From a virus: DNA of 64,000 nucleotides. Shown here piece after piece: positions 1 to 9,790 of this stretch. Location of the stretch: positions 1 to 64,000 of IMG/VR virus record IMGVR_UViG_3300036851_000411; one strand, written 5' to 3'. Position numbers and translations under genes: made by a program. The notes below the pieces were generated by a model. That model had not been told where the DNA came from, searched no databases, and worked only from the letters and a program-made list of their open reading frames with translations. Numbering within the stretch: position 1 is the first letter of the stretch; each line of letters begins with the position of its first letter.

Positions 1-109
1 GGGCGTATCTGACGCGGGGCTGAGGCGAGTTGTAGGGGGGAGGGCTGCGGGTTACATTGCGCGTTCCGTTGTGGCTCCGGTTGCCTGAGGAGTCGCGGTG
101 GGAAGTAGA

Positions 110-183
110 CGGGACGTAGCGCAGCCCGGTAGCGCACCTGAATGGGGTTCAGGGGGTCGCGGGTTCAAATCCCGCCGTCCCGA
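110..183 (+). tRNA. tRNA-Pro(GGG), host; probable prophage attachment site
   Basis: Cloverleaf CGGGACG...CGTCCCG-A; anticodon arm CCTGA-ATGGGGT-TCAGG; T-loop GTTCAAATC; CCA not encoded. Phage-type genes start directly downstream. Confidence 0.95.
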
Positions 184-205
184 TAGAATCGTAAGCATGG
201 AAGTC

Positions 206-244
206 GAACGCCGACACCGCTTTCCACACAGCGGGTCGGCGTTC
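206..244 (+). terminator. Hairpin downstream of the tRNA, possible terminator
   Basis: GAACGCCGAC-ACCGCT...AGCGG-GTCGGCGTTC inverted repeat; weak U-tract. Confidence 0.45.
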
Positions 245-322
245 GTGCGTTAGGCGGTCTGGCAACGTTGCTGGCAAACCGGCGCACACAACGCTGTCCC
301 AACCCTGGCAAGGGGGGACGGT

Positions 323-1258
323 ATGGCTCCATCGATGCGACCGCTGGGCGTGCCCGGCGAGGCGACCGTTGCGGTCGCCGTGGCTTCACGAACGTTCGGC
401 AAGCGCGACGGCGCCTGCTGCCTTCGGGACTTCGATTTCGACGGCGAGTGCCCCGACCATCATCGATGTCCGGGCCCGTGCAACCGGAGCATCGAGCGGG
501 CGTTCACGCTCTGCACGGAGTGCGCGGCGAAGGCTGACGTAGTCTCGCCCGCCGTCGTTGCTGCGATAGCTCCTACGGCGCTGCCTTCGGTGCCCGCGGC
601 CGATGGCGATGCCACGGAGTGGCAGAAGGTCCACGCGGAAGGCCTGGCGTGGCTGGAGGACGCGGCGGCGCATTCGCGCGTCGAGTCGGCGGAGTCACGG
701 CACGCTGAGTATCGGCGAGTTGCCGAGGCGCTGATACCTGGACGTAGTGAGGATAGCGAGCATCTCCCGCGCGTCGTGCTCGCGCTGCTCGACGACATCG
801 CGGACAGCCGGCAGCTCGGCCGGATCAGCATTTACCACCTCGTCACTGCGAACGCGCGCATTCGAGATGACGTTGGTCGCGCGAGCTGCATCTGGTGTCA
901 CTGGTCGTTTGAGTCATCGGTCCCGCTGACGGATCGCGGCGACGGCCTCTCCTCGGCGGCGATCGAGAGCGATGCCGAGGCGATGGCGCGCATCACGCGC
1001 GAGCGCCGCGTGGAATCGATAGCCGCGATCAAGGCGCACGTTGCCGAGTGCCCGAGCCATCCGATGCGTGGTCTGGAGCGAGCGATCGCTGCCGCCTGCG
1101 CGATCATCGAGACCGGTGACCAGCGGTTGCTTGCTGGCGACGGCCCAGCAGGCGGTCAGCCGCCGGAGCTGTCGCTCGCCGAGTGGAAGGAGATGTATGA
1201 CGCGCTCGATCGGGCACGGACGACTGCCGCGCGACGCATCGGCGTGGCGGGGCGATGA
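323..1258 (+). CDS. Hypothetical phage protein with Cys/His clusters
   Basis: Long ORF, RBS-like GGGGGA, stop overlaps next start (ATGA). Confidence 0.65.
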   Translation: MAPSMRPLGVPGEATVAVAVASRTFGKRDGACCLRDFDFDGECPDHHRCPGPCNRSIERAFTLCTECAAKADVVSPAVVAAIAPTALPSVPAADGDATEWQKVHAEGLAWLEDAAAHSRVESAESRHAEYRRVAEALIPGRSEDSEHLPRVVLALLDDIADSRQLGRISIYHLVTANARIRDDVGRASCIWCHWSFESSVPLTDRGDGLSSAAIESDAEAMARITRERRVESIAAIKAHVAECPSHPMRGLERAIAAACAIIETGDQRLLAGDGPAGGQPPELSLAEWKEMYDALDRARTTAARRIGVAGR

Positions 1259-1596
1259 CGACTGCCGCGCTGGAGCGTGAGATCCGACTTTCTACCGCCG
1301 CCTCGTTGCGTGTGGTCGACGGCGCACTCGAGGTGAAGATCGAGGACGCACTGCCAGGCCGGTGGCTGCAGTATCTCGATGCTGCGCAGACGGCGGAGCT
1401 GCGCGACGCGTTGAACACGCTCGCGGCACCGGTCGCACTCACGCGCCTCGCGTGGACTGCCGACATGGGCAACGTGTTCTGGTGGGCGTTCCCCGTCGAG
1501 CAGGCGCCGTACGTCGGGACGCCGCTCGATGAGGCGTTCCCCGAGCACTGCACGCACTGGACGCCGCTCATCATCCCGCGGAGGCCGGGACGATGA
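1255..1596 (+). CDS. Hypothetical protein with a C-terminal THW motif
   Basis: Translationally coupled; ends HCTHWTPL as in many small phage early proteins. Confidence 0.65.
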   Translation: MTTAALEREIRLSTAASLRVVDGALEVKIEDALPGRWLQYLDAAQTAELRDALNTLAAPVALTRLAWTADMGNVFWWAFPVEQAPYVGTPLDEAFPEHCTHWTPLIIPRRPGR

Positions 1597-2030
1597 GCGC
1601 CTTCACACCGCTATGGGACGAGCGGCTGCTACTCGTGAACGAGTGGCTTGTGGCCATCGCGTCCTGCGGGCGGCAGTTCTTCCATCGCATCGATGGGACG
1701 GTCGCGCAGTTCGCGATCGACGGCCGCGGGCGCCTCGTGTACCTCGATCGCTGCGACGCCCATGCCATCGTCGTGAACCGGCGCGCCCGCTGGCGTGGGT
1801 TCTCCGAGGGGTCGACGCTCAAGTGGTTTGTGGAGATGCTGGCGGACTACGTCCGCAGCGCTGAGACGATCCCCGCGGACTGTTGCGTATTCACGCATTG
1901 GGGCTACGGGGACGCAGCGTTAGGTGTCATCGAGACCGGGCGCCGCCTTGGGGTGGTCGTCGGCACGCGCACGAAGCCGTTCACGCAATACGGAAAGGCG
2001 CCGACGGCCATGGTAGAGGTGACGCCGTGA
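1593..2030 (+). CDS. Hypothetical phage protein
   Basis: ATGA/GTGA coupling on both sides. Confidence 0.65.
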   Translation: MSAFTPLWDERLLLVNEWLVAIASCGRQFFHRIDGTVAQFAIDGRGRLVYLDRCDAHAIVVNRRARWRGFSEGSTLKWFVEMLADYVRSAETIPADCCVFTHWGYGDAALGVIETGRRLGVVVGTRTKPFTQYGKAPTAMVEVTP

Positions 2031-2293
2031 GCGCTTTTGACATGGGATTTGATGAGCGTGGGAACCCGCGCGTCTCCTTTGGCGATTCGCTCAAGGATTG
2101 GACGGCGTCGATGCGCGAGATGCGGAAGGTCGTCGAGCAGAACACGACGCCGGCAGGGTTCGTCCGCAAGACGATCAAGATGCGTGGCGTGGTCGTCGGG
2201 ATCGTCGTGCCGACCGACCTCACAGCGGCCGAGCTCCAACAGCTCCACGCCGTCCTCGATGACATCGCGGCGAAGCAGCAGGCGACGCCATGA
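2027..2293 (+). CDS. Hypothetical protein
   Basis: GTG start overlaps the upstream stop. Confidence 0.55.
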   Translation: MSAFDMGFDERGNPRVSFGDSLKDWTASMREMRKVVEQNTTPAGFVRKTIKMRGVVVGIVVPTDLTAAELQQLHAVLDDIAAKQQATP

Positions 2294-2523
2294 ACGCCGA
2301 GAACGCGCCGACCCGCCACACGATGACCATCGTGCGCACCGAGCAGGTGAACTACGCGCACGTCCGCGTCGAGTTGTCTGGCGCTGAGCCCTGTACGCTC
2401 GTCCCACCGACCGGCGCGACGCGGCTCGATCTCACCGTTCCGAACCGTGAGGCTCCAGCGTTCCCGATCGGCGCACGGTTCACGGTCACCATCGAGCCTG
2501 ACCTGGCGGAGCCGTTGCCATGA
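2290..2523 (+). CDS. Hypothetical protein
   Basis: Coupled ORF in the operon. Confidence 0.55.
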   Translation: MNAENAPTRHTMTIVRTEQVNYAHVRVELSGAEPCTLVPPTGATRLDLTVPNREAPAFPIGARFTVTIEPDLAEPLP

Positions 2524-2885
2524 GCCGCGGCGTCAATCCGTGGCAGAGCGACCCGGCCGCCGTCTCCTACACCGACGACAGCGACGGCCGCACGCCGCTC
2601 CCCGTGCCACCTGAAGCGCCGCGGCGCGGGGATCTCGTGCGACGGCTGGACCGGAATATCTGGCAAGTCATCGAGACGAGCGGACACAGCCCGCAGTTCG
2701 GGGTCTGGCAGGTGTCGCTCGCGTTCGTGAGCGGGAAGGCCGCACTCCCGGTCACCAACGGGCCTGAGCATCCGATCCTGTGGGTGGCGCGCGCGCCGAC
2801 GGACGATCGGCTGCACCACTGGCAGGAGGCGTACGGCTACGTCGCCTACGATCCCGGGACGGGCGAGGAGGCATCCCATGCCTAA
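2520..2885 (+). CDS. Hypothetical protein
   Basis: Coupled ORF in the operon. Confidence 0.55.
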   Translation: MSRGVNPWQSDPAAVSYTDDSDGRTPLPVPPEAPRRGDLVRRLDRNIWQVIETSGHSPQFGVWQVSLAFVSGKAALPVTNGPEHPILWVARAPTDDRLHHWQEAYGYVAYDPGTGEEASHA

Positions 2886-3420
2886 CGCACTTAGCCCACT
2901 CGAACCGCTCGGCGACCTCCGCGCTCTTACGCTGACCGAGCCGTGGGCAACGCTGATGGCGTTCCGCGAGAAGTGGTGGGAGACGCGGAGCTGGGGCACG
3001 AGCTACCGGGGCTGGGTGGCCATCCATGCCGCGAAGGGGATGCCGCGCGATGCACTCGCCGCCTGTACGCTCAATCCGTTCTGGGTCGCGCTGCACCGCC
3101 ACGGGTGCGTCGATGTCGAGGTCGCACCAGCGTACCAGCTCATCACGACGTTCGACGAGACGCGCGGCCGGATCGTCGCCATTGGGCGCGTCGTGTCCTG
3201 CGTGAGGATCACGCCCGAGTTCGCGCATCGCATGGCGACGCAGCAGCCCGTGCCGCCCGCGCATGCGGAGCACGAATTCGCGTTTGGGGATTACACGCCG
3301 GGCCGGTTCGCCTGGCGGTTCGCCGAGGTCGTTCGCGTTGAGCCGATCGCGACGCGCGGCGCGTTAGGGCTCTGGACCGTTCCCGAGGATGTCCGTAGCC
3401 AACTGAGGGCCGCCGCATGA
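2878..3420 (+). CDS. ASCH domain protein
   Basis: ALTLTEPWATL..KWWETRSWGTSYRGWVAIHAAK...RGALGLW signature. Confidence 0.85.
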   Translation: MPNALSPLEPLGDLRALTLTEPWATLMAFREKWWETRSWGTSYRGWVAIHAAKGMPRDALAACTLNPFWVALHRHGCVDVEVAPAYQLITTFDETRGRIVAIGRVVSCVRITPEFAHRMATQQPVPPAHAEHEFAFGDYTPGRFAWRFAEVVRVEPIATRGALGLWTVPEDVRSQLRAAA

Positions 3421-3596
3421 AGCGCTTCAGCTGGCTCATCGGACTCTATGGCGCCGTCGGCGTCGTCATCGGGGTCACGTTGCTCATCACGGAGCGCGCG
3501 CCCGCCCAGCCCTGCCGGATCTTCGCGACCGTCGGCGCGGCGATGGTGCTTGTGTCGGCGATCATCGACGGCATCGAGGAGGACGCCCATGCCTAA
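3417..3596 (+). CDS. Small two-TM membrane protein (59 aa)
   Basis: MKRFSWLIGLYGAVGVVIGVTLLI...FATVGAAMVLVSAII; fills the gap with coupled start and stop. Confidence 0.6.
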   Translation: MKRFSWLIGLYGAVGVVIGVTLLITERAPAQPCRIFATVGAAMVLVSAIIDGIEEDAHA

Positions 3597-4089
3597 CGGT
3601 GCCGTCGTTGGGGCGGCCGGCGCTTCCGAGATTCGGTTCTACCGCGCAAGCGACCAGCCGTACGGCGCGTTCTCGAATCTCTTGCGTTGCCAGATGGTGT
3701 TCGAGGACCGGGCGTTCCCGACCGCCGAACACGCTTACCAGTTCGGCAAGGCGGCGAAGCACAACGTTCGCGAGTGGCTCATGTCGGCGCCGTCGCCATC
3801 GCTCCTCGCGGTCACGGCGCACAACCTCCTGCCGTGGGACATCGTCCCCAACTGGACGCGCATCAAGGTCGACCGCATGCGCCGCGTGCTCCACGCGAAG
3901 TTCACTCAGCACGAGGATCTCCGCGCCCTGCTGATCGGCACCGGGAGCGCCCGCATCGTCGAGTGCGCCACGGTCAACAACGCCGTCAACCGGTTCTGGG
4001 GCGAGGTGAACGGGAAGGGCGAGAACACGCTCGGCGTACTCCTCATGGAGCTGCGGGCCGAGATGGCGACGGAGGCGACCAATGCCTAA
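3589..4089 (+). CDS. NADAR (YbiA-like) family hydrolase
   Basis: IRFYRA..PYGAFSN..FPTAEHAYQ..K, KFTQH..LR.LL..TG, FWG...GENTLGVLLMELR. Confidence 0.88.
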   Translation: MPNGAVVGAAGASEIRFYRASDQPYGAFSNLLRCQMVFEDRAFPTAEHAYQFGKAAKHNVREWLMSAPSPSLLAVTAHNLLPWDIVPNWTRIKVDRMRRVLHAKFTQHEDLRALLIGTGSARIVECATVNNAVNRFWGEVNGKGENTLGVLLMELRAEMATEATNA

Positions 4090-4726
4090 GCCGGCGCCTA
4101 ACGGCTTCTCGGTTTTGGCCGCGGATCCGCCGTGGTTCTACGCGCACTCGCGGTCCACCTCGCGCAAGATCGACACGCACTACCCGACAATGCGCACCGC
4201 GGACATCGCCGCGCTCGACGTGGCCGCGCTCTGCGATCCCGCCGGCGCCGTCTGCTACCTCTGGGTACCAGCACCCAAGCTGTTCGAAGGGATGCTGGTC
4301 CTCGCGGCGTGGGGCTTCGCGTACAAGACGCATCGCGTGTGGGACAAAATGCAGATCGGCATGGGCTACTGGACGCGTGGGAAGCATGAGGACCTGCTGA
4401 TCGGTACCACCGGGCGGAAGTCACCGCCCGCACCGGCCAACCGCCCGCCGTCTCTCCTGCACGAGGCGCGGTCCAAGGTCCACTCCCGGAAGCCGACGCT
4501 CGCACGCCAGCAGATCGAAGCGGCGCATCCACACGAAGAACGCCTCGAGCTGTTCGCGCGGGAGACGCACCCGGGGTGGACCGCGTGGGGACACGGCGTC
4601 GAGAGCGCCGTGTCCATCGGCACGCGTGCCCGCTCGACGATGCTCCCGCTCGTCAACCGCATCCAACACGACATCGCCCGGCAGCTGCTCGTGCCGATGG
4701 GCGAACCTATGGAGGGCGAGGAATAG
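4082..4726 (+). CDS. MT-A70 family N6-adenine methyltransferase
   Basis: ADPPW, HYPTM, GMGYWTRGKHE, HSRKP and LELFARE motifs. Confidence 0.9.
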   Translation: MPKPAPNGFSVLAADPPWFYAHSRSTSRKIDTHYPTMRTADIAALDVAALCDPAGAVCYLWVPAPKLFEGMLVLAAWGFAYKTHRVWDKMQIGMGYWTRGKHEDLLIGTTGRKSPPAPANRPPSLLHEARSKVHSRKPTLARQQIEAAHPHEERLELFARETHPGWTAWGHGVESAVSIGTRARSTMLPLVNRIQHDIARQLLVPMGEPMEGEE

Positions 4727-5101
4727 ATGCGCATCACCGATACCCCGCCGTCGAGCCATGCGCCGACGACGAGCCGCCGCAAGCAGTGGCCGACGCTCGA
4801 CGAGGTGCTCGCCCTCATGGTGGCGACCGGCGCAGTGCTGGTGCGCGTCCCAACCTCGGCCGGGTTTCAAACGATCGTCGGCGGGACGGAGGTCCACGGC
4901 CGCACGTACCAGGTGCTCTATCAACGGCGCTATATCCGCATGAAGACGGACGCCGCCGGTCACATCCGCGGGCATTATGAGCTGTCGCCGTTAGGCGCGG
5001 CGCACGCCCGCTCACGCGAGGCCTTTCGGGCGGCGACACAGAATCTCCAGGCGGTCGCGGAAGCGGACGCGCAGGCGTCGGCCGCACGGAGGTCCGCATG
5101 A
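4727..5101 (+). CDS. Hypothetical protein
   Basis: Adjacent ORF in the operon. Confidence 0.55.
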   Translation: MRITDTPPSSHAPTTSRRKQWPTLDEVLALMVATGAVLVRVPTSAGFQTIVGGTEVHGRTYQVLYQRRYIRMKTDAAGHIRGHYELSPLGAAHARSREAFRAATQNLQAVAEADAQASAARRSA

Positions 5102-5493
5102 GGCACGATGGCGCCGAGCGGCGTCCGCGAACGGGGATGGATGCCACGGACCGCGTGCGCGTGTCGACGGCCGAACAGACCGAAGGGCTCGGGCTGTTCG
5201 CGCAGACCAAGCCCAAGCCGCGGCGGATGGCCGACACGAGCATCAGCGCCGAGGCGAAGGAGGCCGCGCATCGCGAGATCCACAAGGTGATCTGTCGCCA
5301 GGCAATTCGCGAAGCGAAGGGCGACGGCATCACGCGGCAGGAAATCTCGGACCGCACGGGCCTCAAGGTGAACACCGTCAACGCCCGATGCCGGGAGATC
5401 CTCGACGACACCGGCGAAGGCGTCGGGATCTTCGGTCGGCGTGGCGCGGAGAGCGTGCTCATGGAAGTGGGATACAGCGGCGGGAGGGCCTAA
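5098..5493 (+). CDS. Winged-helix DNA-binding protein
   Basis: GITRQEISDRTGLKVNTVNARCREI HTH. Confidence 0.65.
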   Translation: MRHDGAERRPRTGMDATDRVRVSTAEQTEGLGLFAQTKPKPRRMADTSISAEAKEAAHREIHKVICRQAIREAKGDGITRQEISDRTGLKVNTVNARCREILDDTGEGVGIFGRRGAESVLMEVGYSGGRA

Positions 5494-5494
5494 C

Positions 5495-5959
5495 GTGGCC
5501 AATCACAGCGAACGGCGAGAGCAGGCACGTGCCCGCGAGCAACTCGCCGAGATCGTGGCCCGGCGCAAGGGCGACATCCGTGACTACCTGCGCGTCCACG
5601 ACCGTGGCCGAGAGGCGATCGAGGTCCTGAGCGAACCCGAGAACGCGGCGATACGTGTGGGATCGTGGCTGACCGATGTATTTCGTCGCGGCAACGCTGG
5701 GGCGTACGCCGAATGTGAGACAATCCTCGCGATGCTGACGTTGCTCAGCGATGCCGAGGGCGATCGGATCGACCTGGCGAGCGCGCTGCTCTCGTTAGGA
5801 ATCGGACCTGACCCGCGGTTCGGCGTCGAGGCGATCGACATCGCCGCCATCGGGCGCATGGGCGACCGGCCATTCAGCGCGCCGGCCGCGCGTCCGCTCA
5901 CCATCGAGGAAGCCGACGCGGTGATCGCCGCATGGCGGGAGGCAACCCGTGGACGCTGA
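5495..5959 (+). CDS. Hypothetical protein
   Basis: GTG start after GGAGG. Confidence 0.55.
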   Translation: MANHSERREQARAREQLAEIVARRKGDIRDYLRVHDRGREAIEVLSEPENAAIRVGSWLTDVFRRGNAGAYAECETILAMLTLLSDAEGDRIDLASALLSLGIGPDPRFGVEAIDIAAIGRMGDRPFSAPAARPLTIEEADAVIAAWREATRGR

Positions 5960-6156
5960 GACTCTCCTCGCGCGCATCGTGGCTGACGCCGATCGCGCCC
6001 GAGGACCGAAGCAACATGTGTGCGTCGTCGTTGTGACCGAGGTGCCCGACGGGATGCAGCTCAACAGCGCGCACACGGTGGGATGGACGGGCGACACGTG
6101 GGCGATGATTCTCGCCCGCGCCGCGCACGGCGTGCCGGGACAGCGCGGGGGTGCCC

Positions 6157-7041
6157 GTGGCTGAGCACACCGGAATCGAATGGTGCGACAAGACGTTCAA
6201 CATCGCGTGGGGCTGCGAGAAGCACTCGCCGGGCTGCAAGAATTGCTACGCCGAGCGCGACTCGACGCGCTACGGACACAAGGTGTTCGGACCCGCGAAG
6301 ACGACCGAACGCCGGACCTTCGGCGATGGCCACTGGGCGGAGCCGCTCAAGTGGAACCGCGACGCGATGGTCACCGGCATCCGGTTGCGTGTGTTCTGCT
6401 CGAGCATGGCCGACTGGGCCGAAGATCACCCGACGATCGCGGCCCAGCTCCCGCGGATGTGGGCGCTTATCCGCGCAACGCCGTGGCTCGACTGGCTCCT
6501 GCTCACGAAGCGCATCGAGCGCGTGTCGCAGCTCCTGCCCGACGACTGGGGCGCGGGCTACGCCAACGTGTGGCTCGGAACGTCCGTCGAGAACCAACAC
6601 TACGCCGACAAGCGGATCCCGCACCTCATCGCCATCCCGGCGGCGATTCGGTTTCTGTCGTGCGAGCCGCTGCTCGGACCGGTCGATCTCAAGCCATGGC
6701 TCCGGAAGGTCCGCGAGGACCTACTGATGACAGACGGCCAGTACGATGAGGCGAAGCACGAGGCGAACAACGCCACGAAGATCTTCGCCCATCCGGATGC
6801 GTGGGCGATCCACTGGGTGATCGATGGCGGGGAGTCCGGCTTCACCGCGCGGCCGGCGGAACTCGACTGGTACCGCCAGCATCGCGACCAGTGCGACCAC
6901 TACGGCGTGCCGTATCTGCTCAAGCAGCTCGGCGGTCGTGGCGTGACGAAGGAACAGGTGCGCGGCGGGCCGTATGCGCTGCTCGACGGGAAGCTGCACC
7001 GCCAGTGGCCGAAGCCGCATCCGGAGGCGCTCCATGCCTAA
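6157..7041 (+). CDS. Phage Gp37/Gp68 (DUF5131) three-Cys protein
   Basis: TGIEWCDKTFN..GCEKHSPGCKNCYAE, LLTKR, NVWLGTSVEN, RFLSCEPLLGP, WVI.GGESG. Confidence 0.9.
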   Translation: MAEHTGIEWCDKTFNIAWGCEKHSPGCKNCYAERDSTRYGHKVFGPAKTTERRTFGDGHWAEPLKWNRDAMVTGIRLRVFCSSMADWAEDHPTIAAQLPRMWALIRATPWLDWLLLTKRIERVSQLLPDDWGAGYANVWLGTSVENQHYADKRIPHLIAIPAAIRFLSCEPLLGPVDLKPWLRKVREDLLMTDGQYDEAKHEANNATKIFAHPDAWAIHWVIDGGESGFTARPAELDWYRQHRDQCDHYGVPYLLKQLGGRGVTKEQVRGGPYALLDGKLHRQWPKPHPEALHA

Positions 7042-7624
7042 GAAAAAGCTGGAGGCTGTGGCCACCTCGCGCGGGCTTGAGCTGGTCGAGGCACTCCGTG
7101 CACTTCGGCGGGATGCGAAGTACCCGCCCGACGTTGAGTTCCACGGCAACTGGACTGCGTGGCGGAGCGGCGCTTCGTGTTTCCTCGGTGGTGTGTTCCT
7201 CACGAACATCTATCGCCGTCAGGATTGCGTCGACGGTTGGGATGCCGGGTTCGCGTGGGCCGAACGCGAGTGGGCGAAGCGCGTCGCGCCGATCTTGGCG
7301 GCGATCGAGCAGAACGAGCGGGCCATGGTGCCGGCAATGCCGACCGAGAAGGCGCTCGCGATCATGGCGCTCTACAGCGCCCACGTGCTCGCCAGTTTCA
7401 CCGGTGGTGATTCACCACCGGCCCTTGCCACGTATTCGCTTCGTGAGATCGTCGAGGCGAAAGCCATCGTCGAGGCGTTGAACGCTGAAGAGTCCAAGAA
7501 TGGTTATCGGACCATCTATGTCGTCCCCGACGATGAGATGATCGCGGTGTTGTACGTCGCATGCCGCATCGAGAATGGCGCCGCGCTGGTGGCGATCGAA
7601 ACGATGGCGGTAGCGCATGCCTAA
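7034..7624 (+). CDS. Hypothetical phage protein
   Basis: GGAGG RBS; coupled to neighbours. Confidence 0.6.
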   Translation: MPKKKLEAVATSRGLELVEALRALRRDAKYPPDVEFHGNWTAWRSGASCFLGGVFLTNIYRRQDCVDGWDAGFAWAEREWAKRVAPILAAIEQNERAMVPAMPTEKALAIMALYSAHVLASFTGGDSPPALATYSLREIVEAKAIVEALNAEESKNGYRTIYVVPDDEMIAVLYVACRIENGAALVAIETMAVAHA

Positions 7625-9536
7625 CGTACCAGCTACCCGGGCGTGGCTCGACCCGGACGAGATCATCGTGGACAGCTTCGCCGGCGGCGGCGGCGCCTCG
7701 CAAGGGATCACCGAGGCGCTTGGCCGCGCGCCCGACATCGCCATCAACCACGACGCGGAAGCGATCGCGCTCCACAAGGCGAACCATCCGACGACGGAAC
7801 ACTTCCCCGAGAACGTCTGGAAAGTCGACCCGGTGACCGTCTGTCGCGGCCGACGCGTCGGGCTGATGTGGCTCTCGCCGGACTGCAAGCACTTCTCGAA
7901 AGCGAAGGGCGGCAAGCCGGTTGAGAAGAAAGTCCGCGGCCTCGCGTGGGTCGCGGTGCGATGGGCAAAGGCGGTGCGGCCGAGGGTGATCGTCCTCGAG
8001 AACGTCGAGGAATTCCAACACTGGGGCCCGCTCTTCCGGTCGGACCACCCGAACAGGAAGCTGCGCGACCGTCCAGACCCTGAGCGGAAGGCGCTCACGT
8101 TCCGCCGGTTCGTGGGCCGGCTGCGTGCGTTAGGCTACGTCGTCGAGTGGCGGGAGCTCCGTGCCTGCGACTACGGTGCGCCGACGACGCGCAAGCGCTT
8201 GTTCCTCGTCGCGCGCTGTGACGGCCAGCCGATCCACTGGCCCGAAGCGACGCACGGGAAGCACCGCCTACTGCCCTGGCGCACGGCGGCCGAGTGCATC
8301 GACTGGTCGATCCCGTGTCCGTCGATCTTCCTCACGCCCGTCGAGGCGAAGTCGTTGGGGGTCAGGCGTCCGCTCGCCGATGCGACGCTCCGTCGAATAG
8401 CCCGTGGCGTACAGCGCTATGTTATCGACGCGGCGGATCCGTTCATCGTCAGCTACTACGGTGCGAAGCGAGATGGTGACGACCGCACCGCGCCCCTCGA
8501 TGGGCCATTGCCGACGCAGACGACGGAGAACCGCTTCGCGGTGGTCGATCCGTTCATTGTGCCGGTGAGTCACAGCGGCGATGATCGCACGCACTCGGTC
8601 CACGATCCACTCCGCACCATCACCGGCGGGTCACGCGGGACGCACGCGATCGTCCAGCCGTTCATCGCTGGCGTTGGTGGAAGGATGGGGCAGTCCGCCG
8701 AGCGCGGCGTCGACCGTCCGTACCAGACGATCACCGCGAAGGCCGATGCCGCGTTGGTCGTCCCGACGCTCATTCAAACGAGCTACGGCGAAGACAAGAA
8801 GCGGAATGGCGGAATGGGACAGCCGCCTCGCGTGCTCGATCTTGGGGCACCGCTAGGTACGGTCGTCGCGGGCGGGATCAAGCATTCGCTCGTGTCGGCG
8901 TTCCTCGCCAAGCACTACGGCGGGCATGAGACGCCGGGGTCGTCGCTCGCGCAGCCGATCGACACGGTGACCGGCACCGATCATCACGCAGTCGTGAGCG
9001 CGCACATCGCGAAGCACTACGGCGGTCGCGTGGGATCGTCGATGGACGAGCCGCTGCACACGGTGACAGCCGACAGCGTGCATCACTCGGTCGTCGCGTC
9101 CTCGCTCGTGAAGCTCAAGGGCACGGCGAAGGACGGCCAACAGCTCTCGCTGCCGCTCCATACCGTGCAGGCGGGCGGGAACCACTACGGCGAGGTGCGG
9201 GCCTTCCTCATGAAGTATCACGCCACCGGCGGGCAGTGGAACGCGCTCAGCGCGCCGATGCCAACCGCCGTCGCGAAGGACAGCATCGCGCTCGTGACGG
9301 TGGCCGGCGCCCAGTACGTCATCGCTGACATCGGCATGCGGATGCTCGCGCCGCGGGAGCTCTACCACGCGCAGGGCTTCCCGTCGACCTATCGCATTGA
9401 CATCGAGTTCAACGGCAAGCCGCTGAGCAAGACGGCCCAGGTGAAGATGTGCGGCAATTCTGTCTGTCCTCCGCTCGCGGCGGCCATCGTCCGCGCGAAC
9501 TTCGCCACCACGGACCGGCAGGAGGTGGCAGCGTGA
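7617..9536 (+). CDS. DNA cytosine-5 methyltransferase with a repetitive insert
   Basis: DSFAGGGG (motif I), SPDCKHFS (IV), ENV (VI), RKRLF (VIII), GNSV (X); repeated PL.TVT units. Confidence 0.92.
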   Translation: MPNVPATRAWLDPDEIIVDSFAGGGGASQGITEALGRAPDIAINHDAEAIALHKANHPTTEHFPENVWKVDPVTVCRGRRVGLMWLSPDCKHFSKAKGGKPVEKKVRGLAWVAVRWAKAVRPRVIVLENVEEFQHWGPLFRSDHPNRKLRDRPDPERKALTFRRFVGRLRALGYVVEWRELRACDYGAPTTRKRLFLVARCDGQPIHWPEATHGKHRLLPWRTAAECIDWSIPCPSIFLTPVEAKSLGVRRPLADATLRRIARGVQRYVIDAADPFIVSYYGAKRDGDDRTAPLDGPLPTQTTENRFAVVDPFIVPVSHSGDDRTHSVHDPLRTITGGSRGTHAIVQPFIAGVGGRMGQSAERGVDRPYQTITAKADAALVVPTLIQTSYGEDKKRNGGMGQPPRVLDLGAPLGTVVAGGIKHSLVSAFLAKHYGGHETPGSSLAQPIDTVTGTDHHAVVSAHIAKHYGGRVGSSMDEPLHTVTADSVHHSVVASSLVKLKGTAKDGQQLSLPLHTVQAGGNHYGEVRAFLMKYHATGGQWNALSAPMPTAVAKDSIALVTVAGAQYVIADIGMRMLAPRELYHAQGFPSTYRIDIEFNGKPLSKTAQVKMCGNSVCPPLAAAIVRANFATTDRQEVAA

Positions 9537-9790
9537 CGAGGCGGGTCGTGAGGTGGCACCAGCAGACGACGGCGAGCTATGGCGACGCCGAGACCTGGTA
9601 CGCCCGCTACCGTGGCTGGACGCTGTACGCGCATCGCATGAAGAAGCGCCGGGTCTGGTACCCGAGCGTGCATCGCTTCACGGGCGGCGGGGCCGACGAC
9701 GCGCGCAGCGTGGCGATCTATGGCTCGCCCGAAGGCGCGCAGAATGCCGCCGAGTTCTACGCCGAGCACGGACGGTGGCCGCATGCCTAA
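9533..9790 (+). CDS. Hypothetical protein
   Basis: GTGA coupling to the MTase; GGAGG RBS. Confidence 0.55.
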   Translation: MTRRVVRWHQQTTASYGDAETWYARYRGWTLYAHRMKKRRVWYPSVHRFTGGGADDARSVAIYGSPEGAQNAAEFYAEHGRWPHA

